This document shows positions 34,118-44,880 of a DNA stretch of 64,000 bases, piece after piece. How positions within the stretch are numbered: position 1 is the stretch's first letter; each line of letters begins with the position of its first letter. A program made the translations under genes and the position numbers. The stretch comes from Zygnema circumcarinatum SAG 698-1b (lineage: Eukaryota > Plantae > Zygnematophyceae), in NCBI GenBank assembly GCA_037447605.1, contig CM074823.1, positions 1,364,001-1,428,000 of the forward strand, given 5' to 3'. The notes below the pieces were generated by a model, which made no database searches, had not been told where the DNA came from, and was given only the letters and a program-made list of their open reading frames with translations.

Positions 34118-37100
34118 TCAGCCATAGTTCCAAGCCAGGGAGAAGCTTTTTGCCAGCCCGGCCTCCCGCCGGGCCGTCACAATTTCTCGCACAAAACTCG
34201 ACGTGACGCGCCCCCCCGCCCGCCCGCCCGAGCACTGATGTGGGGCGTAAAGGAACACCGCCGCGCGGACGCACGCGAGCTTGTCCAGTATGGCCTGCAA
34301 CACAGAACGGAGGAGGAGTAGTAGTCTCAGTTCAGGAAAACTGCGGCAGCAATGTGCTCATTACTGGGGCAAATCTTCACATGTGACAACCTTCCGTTGC
34401 AGATTATGTAATGTGGCAGCTCTGCTCTTCAAAGTTTTGAAAAGGGTTCGCACCGGAATGCCGGGGTCCACAGACTTGATGTTTGGGTCAAACATCTCCC
34501 AAGTCACTGGGCGAAGTGTGTGATGTATGGACTGAAGATGCGACACCCGAATTTCCACAAGTGAATCAACAAAAGGTTGAATCCAAATGTTGCAAACAAT
34601 AGAGCAAAGCAGAAGGCGTATGGTCCATCCATTTTCTAGCAAAAGCGGAACAGAAGAAACGGAACGGGACAAAGAAACAGAGCCCAGAGGTGAATGGGGC
34701 CAACAACTCACTTGAATGGCTTGCACTAACTTATCGCCATGGCCCATGTTTCTCCAATTGTAGGATGACGATTTACTAGTACTGCCAAAGGATTCAAAGA
34801 ACACCGAAATCATCAAAACAACCACCGTTGATGAAGTCACAAACTTTGAGGTCTCAAAGCTCAAGTGACATGAAATGGAGAAGCCATTAAGCTCAGAAAG
34901 GAATGGCAGCAATTATATACATTTAATCAACCCAATGCTCGAATTTAAATTCATCTGAAGAAGGAATTAAAGAACATAATTTTCAAGATGAAGGGGCTGA
35001 GGATAGGGAGGGAGGAATGGAGGGAGGGGGAGGGGAAGGAGCATGTAGCATGCGAGGTGACCGTTTGGGTGATCCTACCCGTTATTTAGTGGGCTCAAAT
35101 CCGACGCAAAAAAAAAGCCTGTCAAGTTGTGCTCCCTCATCATAAAACGAACAGTTTTCATAAGTCCTCGCTTACACTCCCTCATCATTCTTTCGCTTGT
35201 CTTCCTACGGAAAATTTGCTCCGTTCGCCATTGCACGGCCAAATATTGACGACCTAATCGGGCTTCCTTCAAGTTCTCAAGGAGGGCCTCCAGATGTTCG
35301 CTGTACACCAAACTTCGCAATGCAGAATGATACTGCAACAAACAAAACCACGAGCACGAGTCACACGGATGCGGAATAGACACAGAGATGAATGCTTGGG
35401 GGATGGCCACGTAGTTGGAGTTTCCCTTGCATTCCACATCCCGCATATCTTGTGTTTCTATGTGTACATGGAGTGCTTCTATCTGCGGTGTACACCTCTC
35501 CCACCCGACCTTCTCGCTCACACACATCAGCATTCGCCTAATAGTTTCCGACATTAGAACCAATATGTTAAATGACCAATTAAAAGACGTGTGTAACTAA
35601 GAGGAACAGCAATGTACTCACAGATTCCGACATGCGTACACACCATCTCACTGCATCCTTTGTTACTATGAGGAGGTCGAACTTCGATGCCTGCTTTGCA
35701 GAAGTTATCAGTAACCTTGAATCTCCATTACACGGCACACAGAAATGAGGACCGAAAAGTATGCTGTCATCAACAATAGCGGGGTCTGCATCATGCTTAG
35801 CTCTGCCGGACAGCGCTGTCAAGTGTCCTCTTGCATGCCTGTATATATCCTCCTGGAAAAAACGAAATGGCAAGATAGTACAGAAATTGGAGAGAGGGTT
35901 CAGGGAGATAGGGAGGAAATGGCCAAAAAGTAAAAAGGAGAGGAGAAGGAGGGAAAGTGAAGAGGTAGAGAAGGTAAAAGCGAGGAGAGTAGTGATGGAA
36001 GGAAGAGCGGGGGGGGGACGGAGAAGGGGGGGGGGAGTGGCCGAGACAAGGAGGACAGGATAGGCAAAGGACAGGGAGGCGACACACGAAAATGAGAGAG
36101 AGTAGAATGGAGAGGAAGGGAGAATGTGGGAAGTGGTGAAGGAAAGGTAGATAAAGCTGGGCGGGAAAAGGGGGGGAGGGAATGTGTGTGTGAGTGAGAT
36201 AGAAAGGGGTGAAAAATAATACATGCAAAGGTGAGCAAGGCAGGGGTACGTACGGGCCTGCAATTTGGATTCCCTGTGAGGAACATCGCACACTTTGTGA
36301 TACCGCCATTTTTTAGTTTTTTCGTCCTCCGCGGTGTAATGTGCTCCAAAAAGTACTGCTCGCTCACCCAATGCACGTATCCTTCGAGAGCGTTCACACT
36401 GAAGTAGTTGCAGAGCAGGAGTTTGTAGTCGGAGGAGCTTCCGATCTGACTGTTGCCAACATTCGGAAGGATGAGCACTCTCCCAGTCCTATTTGCAATC
36501 ATCAAAACTTCCGCGAAGTGAAGGCGAGCTTTCGTCAGCTGCTCGATGAGTCGGCCGACCGCAACAAACTTCACCTTTTCGTCCTCTGTCAAATGATGTA
36601 GAAGCAATTGTACGAGGTTCGTAAGTAGTTTTGGGATGTGTAAGTTAAACCGAGTACAACTATCAACTAAAAAAATAAGTGAAATTACAAGCTTGAAGTC
36701 AGCTCGGCGGTGCCACACATGGTCATGGCCCCATACATTCACGACGCGAATGCCGCAGTTACAGACATTTTCTTCTGCTTTCGACTGGTTTCCCAATTCT
36801 AGAGTTTACAATTTCTTCAGCTACAAACGGAGATTAAACTTGTTGAACATTGATGCATCGCTCCATTGCGGTAGGGCCAATACGAATGCACAGAAGTAGC
36901 AATCTTCACATATTTTCCGAGTGTCAACATCCTAAAATGATTTAGAGGTTTATGCCAGACAACGGATAGCCTCCTGCATTTATGGTCATGCTGCCAAGAG
37001 GATTCTGGCGTTTCGAGAATTTCTAGGCTTTTAAAATTCGGCCGAGAATGGAGGCTGTTCACGATTATGTCATCTCCTATCAGAGCATCAACTTGCCTAG

Positions 37101-37723
37101 AGTTAGTACACTGCGATACTTCGGTAATGCATGACAGATCTGGAATCCGACATTCCACTTGTACGTATTTTAAACTGGCGTAGCTTAGTACATACGAATT
37201 CCGTGTAGAATATTCAAGCTCATTTCGGGGACTCAAGAAAGTGCCAAAAATCTCAAATTTCTGTGTGCTGTAAGATTTTTGGAATTTTAAAGAGTTGTCC
37301 AGAAATCAGGATTTTCCACTTATAGGTTTTTGAGCCCTACAGCATTTACAGAATTTTCTACCAGAAATGCGCCTTATCGTGAGCCCCTCCCCCTGCCACC
37401 GCCCGCAAGCGCAGGGAGGGGAGGCACTGACCCCAGTCGAAGCCAACAGAGGAGGCGCTCTGGGCGGGCATGTCCGTACAGTAGTACTTCTTCGCCCCCT
37501 CAGCCCCCTCCTCCTCCATTGCAGTCCGCCTGCCGTCCGCCTTCACCACGTGGAGGTCAACCCCCCCGCCCTGCTGCGCAACCACTTGCCACGTGGCAGA
37601 ATGAGAGGAGTTTGCAGCGGCTCGATCAGCGATTTCGGCGGCCATGGCGACGCCGGAGGAGAGGAGGAAGGAGAGGAGGAGGAGGAGGAGGTGTAGGCGC
37701 CATTGCGGGCATGCAGGCGCCAT
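34118..37723 (-). CDS. GDP-fucose protein O-fucosyltransferase-like (POFUT-type GT-B) protein with signal/anchor peptide; multi-exon
   Basis: Exon 1 37723-37362 (hydrophobic leader); exon 2 from 37267. Catalytic exons ~36585-36254 (EQLTKARLHFAEVLMIANRTGRVLILP), 35852-35622, ~35332-35079 (YLAVQWRTE, FFFASDL), 34781-34712, 34531-34454 (DPGIP), 34294-34118 (AILDKLAC..A..F...SSFVREIV..R). The junction at 36820-36590 is unresolved. Confidence 0.75.
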
Positions 37724-38590
37724 GGCGGGCGGGCGAGCGCAAGCTCTAAGGGCCACTTCCCACGCCCGACCACAACATGCACGACGGGGTAAGCGGCTAA
37801 AAAGACTCGAAGATGAAGGCGGGCAGGCATGCACTAAGCAGGCGGGAAGGCGGGCGGGCAAGCTCTAGGGCAGGCACTACCTAGGGCAGGCGGGCGAGGC
37901 GCGGGGCGAGGGGAGTCTTGACTCTTGTCTTGTCGCAAGTCCGACAACCCCTAATACTGAGATATTCGGAATTACCGTACTGTATCGTACCGGAATTATT
38001 TATTCAAATGTGCGAAACTGTTATGGTTGCTGTAGTTTGCATTGGTACAGTTCAAGGCACTCTCTCGCACCCTGCTGCAGACTGTACTGGTTTTAAGGGG
38101 TGGGTCCTTCCGAAACAATTTTTCTCGAGAAAATACAAACAGGTTTGCTTTCCACCCAGTGCGAGAACGACGCGACATCGATTTTCAAGAGCGGCGTTTC
38201 CTTGCTCGCTGCCCTGCCAACGCGTTGCACATGCTCGCGCTCTGAGAGCGATTCGAGAGGATGCAGATGCAGCCGAAGACGATCCGCACACGACACTGCT
38301 CCTCGCTGCCGTCACAGTTCCACTTCAGTTATGTTTGACATCGAATCTCGTCCCATGCCCGATACACCAAACTAGAGTTTTTAAGGTTTATTAGGGTTTT
38401 CGGGTTTCCGGTCATCCTACAAACCCCAGCTCCTTTTGGTATTCGAGCAGCTTGAAAGAATCGAGAGGAAAGACGAGGAGCCGTGTTTATTTACAATTAA
38501 CTTTCAAGAGAAAACCAGCATTAACTGATTTCAGAAAAATGGGGATAGGAAAAGAAGTTGCTCCTCCTTCAGAGCGAGAGAGCCTTGAGA

Positions 38591-39149
38591 TCAAAAGCGC
38601 GCCTTCCGCTTGCGGGCGGTGTACTTGGAGTCCGGCGGCACCCCGAGGTGCCCGCGGCTGCGCCGCTGCTCCTTCTTCTTAAGGACCCACGCGCGGCCCT
38701 TCAAACGCGCATCCCCCGTCTTCCGCCGCTTGCCCGGCCTCTGCCGGTCCGCGAAACCCACCTGCTCAAGAAAGGCAGCAAGGCAGTAGTCCAACAAACC
38801 ACGAATGTGAGGAATGAGTTTGCAGTCTTCTTAGACGTCCTAAACATTTCATCGTTTTTTTTGGATCTTTTAGGGTTTTATGCAAAGGTTACGGCTAGAT
38901 GCGTCTGCTTGAGAAGGCGGACTCGTCTCATTCGGTGGGAGTGGCGACACCCTCACCCCTTGAGGGTGATTTGTGTGGGCATTCTCCAAACGTTGGCACA
39001 CGGCACTCACCGTCTCATCCTCATCATCGCCGTCGGATCCGCCGTCATCACTCTCTGAACCTCCGTCCTCCCCCTTTGCTTTTGGCAGTGTGGACTGCAC
39101 AGTGGGTGGGCCGGATATCAAGCACAAAAAATACTTCTTTGCCCGCGTA
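38591..39149 (-). CDS. BUD23: BUD23 3' part (exons 8-9), on the opposite strand from exons 1-7
   Basis: Exons 39149-39011 (TRAKKYFLCLISG...acidic tract) and 38761-38591 (VGFADRQRPGKRRK...KGRAWVLKKKEQRR...VPPDSKYTARKRKARF*) encode the BUD23 C-terminal domain. The phase-2 acceptor matches the phase-2 end of exon 7. Confidence 0.92.
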
Positions 39150-39477
39150 CTGAAGGATACACAGCACAGACAGATAGGAAACAAAGAATAAGAACAGGCC
39201 AATAGGGAGCGAGCAATCGTCATAAAGAAGAGCGGGCAGAGACAGAGGCAAGTGTGGCAGGAGGGAGCACAGGTGGAAAAGGGAGAGAAATGAGGAGAGA
39301 AGGAAGGAGAGTTTCACCACGTAGACAAATAAGGGCCGACGAGGAGAGAAGAAACAGGAACAGGACGGGAGGGCAGTAGAACAGTAAAGATTAGACGAGA
39401 TGAGAAAGGGAGGGCGGGTGCAGGGCTGCACAAAAGAACACCGAGCGGAGACGACCGAAGAATGAAGCAGACGGGCC

Positions 39478-39544
39478 ATCCCGAGCAGCAGGGTTGTTCA
39501 GAGCAGCAGGGTTGTTCAGAGCAGCAGGGTAGTTCAGAGCAGCA
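39478..39544. repeat. 18-bp tandem repeat (GAGCAGCAGGGTTGTTCA), about 3.5 copies, next to the gap
   Basis: Direct inspection. Confidence 0.9.
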
Positions 39545-39644
39545 NNNNNNNNNNNNNNNNNNNNNNNNNNNNNNNNNNNNNNNNNNNNNNNNNNNNNNNN
39601 NNNNNNNNNNNNNNNNNNNNNNNNNNNNNNNNNNNNNNNNNNNN
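39545..39644. other. 100-N scaffold gap (right edge of the probably inverted contig)
   Basis: Run of N. Confidence 0.99.
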
Positions 39645-40244
39645 TCTCGCAACGGATCTGCTATCTACATCACCATCTTTCTCAATCGACGGTGACCTCC
39701 CACAGGTAGCTTTGCAAGCGAACTCCTATCATCCTTGCTATTTACTTTCTTTCCTAAAATTCCTCACAGCTGGCACCATATTACTAGTTCTTGGTTAAGT
39801 AGGGATCTATTGCGCATTGATGCTCTGCCGCATTAGAAACCTCTGCGCACAACTCTGTTACCAATGACAGAGACACTGGTTTCACCATGCATGCAGTTGT
39901 CCTTTCCATACAAACATGATTTTTCACGCCTGACTTCTGTTATGTCGTTCTGTTTATCAGCCTATCAAAAGCGACTTTGAGCCATCTAGCTGTTGGAGTA
40001 TTGATGGTGCTGCCCCAGGAATCTGGATTGCAGGTAAGTGAAAAGCATGCAGTTTAGCAAGGCTTCGTCCAAATGTTTTTTGCGTTCTGGAGCGTGACAT
40101 TAACTTATGCAGCTGTGCAACTAAAAAGAGCCTGGGTGGGAGGGGACGAGACAGCAGGACAATGCAAAACGACCAGGGAGGGCATAATCAAACAGTCGTA
40201 TAGTTTATCGATTATGGTTTTTTTTTTTTTTTTTNNNNNNNNNN

Positions 40245-40368
40245 ACAGGACCGCGCCGCGAGTGCGAAAAACTACGCTCGAGAATTTTAGTTTTACTGAC
40301 GTTGACTCGAAATGTTACGAATATCGAGTTTTTAGTATTACGAGAATTTTTTAAGTCTGACACGCCCT
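40245..40368. mobile_element. Element A right end (TTAAGTCTGACACGCCCT), left part cut by a gap
   Basis: Same terminus at 15202-15219. Shares the block ttacgaatatcgagtttttagtattacgagaat with 15170-15200, in inverted orientation. Confidence 0.7.
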
Positions 40369-40371
40369 ATT

Positions 40372-40506
40372 AGGGGGTGTCAGACTTAAAAATTGTTCGT
40401 AAGTTTGAGACCAGAACGAGTACTTCGGTGACATCGTAATCCTGGTGCGGCGGAGTACTTACAAAACTTTTTTGTTCGTAAGATTTCGTTAAGTCTGACA
40501 CCCCCT
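40372..40506. mobile_element. MITE B, 135 bp, TIR AGGGGGTGTCAGACTTAA, flanked by ATT...ATT
   Basis: Perfect 18-bp TIRs; ATT at 40369-40371 and 40507-40509. Confidence 0.9.
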
Positions 40507-40509
40507 ATT

Positions 40510-40711
40510 AGGGGGAGTCAGACCTTGACCATCGCTTACGAAATTCCCGAATTCCTTCTACTAAAAGTCACTTCTTTCGTGTACGAATTCCGGATCGGGA
40601 TCCGCGGCTCCGCCGTACACAGCCGTAGCGAAATGCGTACCTAGCCAACGCTTAATTCACCCGACAGGCTTACGAAATTGATTTGGCGATGGTCAAGGTC
40701 TGACTCCCACT
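40510..40711. mobile_element. MITE C, 202 bp, inverted copy of 15232-15431, flanked by ATT...ATT
   Basis: TIR agggggagtcagaccttgaccatcgc / gcgatggtcaaggtctgactcccact. Confidence 0.9.
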
Positions 40712-41197
40712 ATTAAATTTACTGAGTGAGATCAATGCCACATCATTTTACTGCGACGGTGCCGTGTAATTGAGCCTAGAAGTAGATTTTTGTTTATAGG
40801 CTTTTTCTTGTTGTCCTTAGGTCCTTTGTGACCTCTTCCTCGTGGTTCCCCATGATGCTCTGCTTTTATCCATGTACATTTGATGGCCTCGCCACCGTGA
40901 GACCAATGCAAGTTCACTCTCTCTCCTTTCTTGCGTTTCTTTTTGTCAGAAAGGGACTGACCGCCACCTCAGCTGTCCATTGCCACCGTCCCAGCCCCGG
41001 CCGTACCGGGCAGGCGTCACGTGACAAGGCCCACGGGAGGCGCGAAATGTATTTCGGACGAGGGCGGTCCAAAATGGGGCCACGGCCTCCCCCCCCCCCC
41101 CCCCCNNNNNNNNNNCCCCCCCCCCCCCCCCCCCCGGCTCGCCCAAGGGCGGGGGCGGGGGCGGGAGCGGGGGCGGTGGCGGGCGCAGGAGGCGGCC

Positions 41198-43284
41198 ATG
41201 GCGCCGCGCGGCCATGGCCTGCTCGTGGCCGCCGTCCTCCTCGCCGCCATGCTGCCTCCGCGCGCCGGAATGTCTGCCCCGCTCACGCTCTTCTCGCCCT
41301 CTGAGTCCCTCTATCCCCAATTTCCTCGTCGGCCTGCTCGCTCTCTTTTGTCTAATCTCGAAGCATCATCGCCCCCATCGCCAAGGCCTCAGAACACGAG
41401 TCTGGCCGCACAATGGCGGACGGGCCGCGGAGAGCTGCAGTTCGAAGCGGGCGAGCGGTACCTGTACTACCCGTTCTCCGCGAGGGACGCGGTGGTGGGC
41501 GTGCAGCACCACCGCGCGACGCTTGGCTGCCAGGCCGGCGAGGCGATCGCGCTGCGCCGCATCCTCGTGGTCGACGAGGCCTTCCAACTGCCCAGAGAGC
41601 ACAATGGCGGCCGCCATGCGATCTCGCGCTTCGAGCTCTACTTCGACATCAAGCACCTGCGCCGGTACGCTGCTGCTGCCGCCGAGGGCTGGCGGAGCAA
41701 CTCAAATCCGTGACGCGCGTGTGCATAAGGAAGTACTGTAGGCCATTCATTCCGCTTGTGTGGTTGCGGCAAGGGCAGAAAGCCACCTTCATTACCTCTG
41801 CCGCAGTTCGTCGTCCTTTTTCAATTCGTCCCATCGGTCCGCCGGGGTGTAGCAATCTGCCCATCATCTCGAAGGATAAGTTCCTGAAGGGGTGGCAAGA
41901 GTGGGACCGCGCGTACCCCGACAACAAAACCAAGCTCGCCACGTTCCCCATCCTCTGGGGTGGGGGCGCCACGGACGCGATGAAGCGCAGCACTGCCACC
42001 GTCGTGCGGCGCGAATACTCGCGCAGTGGCCTTTTCTCCTTCTGGCCATGCAGAGGGTACAGAAGGGTACAGTATAAAAACCCTCTCCTGCACTACCAGT
42101 CGGTAGTTTGTCGTGTAAACGCGTGATTTTTGAAAGTATGAGTGTGCGATCAGGCCATTGAGGTGATCATCGCTTATTTGAGAGCGCGAGGCTAAAGAAA
42201 AGTAAATTACCTGTGAATACTACAGGGCGAGTCAAGAAAGCAATTGACTCTTCAGACTGATTTTAAGAGGGTGTAAGCTCCACTAATAGGTTTTACTTTC
42301 TTACGATGAGTTAAAAGCTGACGATCCTGTCAAAGGTCAAGGTCTTCCCATATTGTTGAACTGATGCAGACATCCAGGTTTCGTGTTTCTTCTGCTGAAA
42401 TGAGTTCTCTGTCTCTTTGATGTGCGTTTATCGTAACGAAGATGGTCCTTCACTCTTTTCAAAAACTGTAGATGGAAATGAACTGGCTGCGTGTGTTCGT
42501 TGAGTTGGGATGCAGGTCACGGAGTATTTCGCAGCTGTCCGGTATGCATCCACGCTTCGTGTAATTGCGAAGCAAATACGTTTGGATTTGCCCCGAAATG
42601 TAGTCGCCATGCATGTCCGAAGGGGAGACAAAATATACGACAGGCGGCGATATCCACATCTCGACGTTGACACACGGCCTCCCCAGTATGCTCTTCAGAA
42701 CTGTAGCTTCATCTGTTTGATGGGACTTACCTTAATCAATGGATGCAGCCTAAGAAGAAAGAATTTAGGCTTGGAAAGGTTGAAATGTGCAGAAGTTACT
42801 TTACTTATGTACTAGCGATGCAGTGTGCTCTCGCTCGATGGAAAAATTTTCAATCCATGTGTTCGTCTTGTGATGGTTTGCGTGTGGCCCCCTTTTGCTG
42901 GGCAGTTTATTGGAGGTTTTGCACAAGCGGAATATTTCCAGAGAAAGAATGATCTACATTGCGACGAATGAAGCGCAAGACTTTTTTCAGCCGCTTGCTG
43001 CTGAATATGAGCTGAGATTCCTAAGCTACTATTCAGATTTGTGGGCTACGGGCACCAAGTGGTGGAATAGGACGCAACGAGTGTTAGGCCCAACAGGTGT
43101 GCCCACCTTCGACGGGGCAATGAAGGTAAGCTGAAGAAGGTCAAACTGTCAACAGTCATCTGTACCCTTTCCGTGCAGCTTGTCTTTCTTCTTGGAAGGC
43201 TTTGCTTTGTCTGTCGGTGCTATGTGCGGTCTGCGAGCAAAGCGCGGCGGCCATCCTGTGCTCCTCTGCCGCACCTGTCTCTCT

Positions 43285-43328
<44 letters not shown>

Positions 43329-43571
43329 TCTCTCTCTCTCTCTTTCTGCTCTCTCTCTCTCTCTCTCTCGCTCTCCCCTCTCCTCTCCCTTCGCCTCTCT
43401 CTCTGCTCTCTCTCCTCTGCTCGCTCGCTCGCTGCGACTGTGTTCGTGTTCTCACCAAAGGGACGCGGATGCTGCGACTGCGTGCTGCAGGGAATCGTGG
43501 ACTATCAAGTTGTCGCCTCTGCCAAAACCAGACTCGAAACTTTCAACGATTTGGCATCTGATCCAAAGTGA
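41198..43571 (+). CDS. O-fucosyltransferase-like protein (plant HVRRGDK family, At2g04280/At3g56750-like as recalled), 383 aa, N-terminal signal/anchor
   Basis: Exons 41198-41664, 41853-42066, 42516-42685, 42906-43125, 43491-43571, all GT-AG and phase-consistent. Motifs YFDIKHLR, MHVRRGDK..YPHLDVDTRP, IYIATNE..FF.PL, FDGAMK|GIVDY, LETFNDL. Confidence 0.85.
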
Positions 43572-43843
43572 TGGAGCCCGGGACACCGAACACCCTTGTC
43601 GCTCTGAGCAAGTTTGTTCCGATGTACAAATCTTTGTAATTAAATTGTTGGCTTTCTATGCTCCGTGAGTAGTTTGCCGTGGAATGCAAGTGTCTGTCGC
43701 GTGGTGTCGGCTGCTGCGCCCGTGCGTTGTGGCACATGGGGGGCTCCTGCCTAGAAGGGGAAGGTTTGGCGTGGAAAGGCAAAAACAAGAAAGGGGGAAG
43801 AGTGCCAAACTTGTCATAACCCCCTTGAACTTGAGCAGGGGGC

Positions 43844-44596
43844 TGATGTGATGTGATGTGATGTGATGTGATGTGATGTGATGTGATGTGATGTGATGTG
43901 ATGTGATGTGATGTGATGTGATGTGATGTGATGTGATGTGATGTGATGTGATGTGATGTGATGTGATGTGATGTGATGTGATGTGATGTGATGTGATGTG
44001 ATGTGATGCATGTGATGTGATGTGATGGATGTGATGTGATGTGATGTGATGTGATGTGATGTGATGTGATGTGATGTGATGTGATGTGATGTGATGCGAT
44101 GTGATGTGATGTGATGTGATGTGATGTGATGTGATGCAATGTGATGTGATGTGATGTGATGTGATGTGATGTGATGCTTGATGTGATGTGATGTGATGTG
44201 ATGTGATGTGATGTGATGTGATGTGATGTGATGTGATGTGATGTGATGTGATGTGATGTGTGATGTGATGTGATGTGATGTGATGTGATGTGATGTGATG
44301 TGATGTGATGTGATGTGATGTGATGTGATGTGATGTGATGTGATGTGATGTGATGTGATGTGATGTGATGTGATGTGATGTGATGTGATGTGATGTGATG
44401 TGATGTCATGTCATGTCATGTCATGTCATGTCATGTCATGTCATGTCATGTCATGTCATGTCATGTCATGTCATGTCATGTCATGTCATGTCATGTCATG
44501 TCATGTGATGTCATGTCATGTCATGTCATGTGATGTCATGTCATGTGATGTCATGTGATGTGATGTGATGTCATGTCATGTCATGTCATGTCATGT
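43844..44596. repeat. Compound pentamer satellite: (TGATG)n switching to (TCATG)n near 44404
   Basis: About 750 bp of near-perfect pentamers. Confidence 0.97.
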
Positions 44597-44699
44597 CCAT
44601 CGCTGAATGAGAAGGGTCCGTCTCCCTCCTCGCGCTGCTCCTCGGCCTCCTCTCCCGCACACGTGCAGGCGGCGTCGGCCGGGTCGTGCTGCCGGCGCG

Positions 44700-44880
44700 A
44701 AGTGCAGCATGGCGCAGTGGTTCCATTGGTTGACAGCCATTGGCTAACAGTGTTCGCCACGAGTCCGCCCGCCAGTAGCCGTGGTTGCTGGGCCGCTAAC
44801 CAGTGGATTAAACGATTGGCAACCACTTGTAGCAATCTTTGCCAATGGTTGGCGGGTCCTTCTTCCATGGTCGATCCTAT
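44700..44880. repeat. Degenerate AACCATTG-family repeat
   Basis: ccattggttgacagccattgg, accagtggattaaacgattggcaacc, ccaatggttgg. Confidence 0.5.

Noticed and set aside
38591-39223. TFIIA-like or independent acidic/basic small gene
   Set aside because: The C-terminus DSKYTARKRKARF and the splice phase identify it as the BUD23 3' end.
43543-44409. 288-aa (TSHHI)n His-rich metal-binding protein
   Set aside because: Translation of a perfect pentamer satellite with no codon variation.
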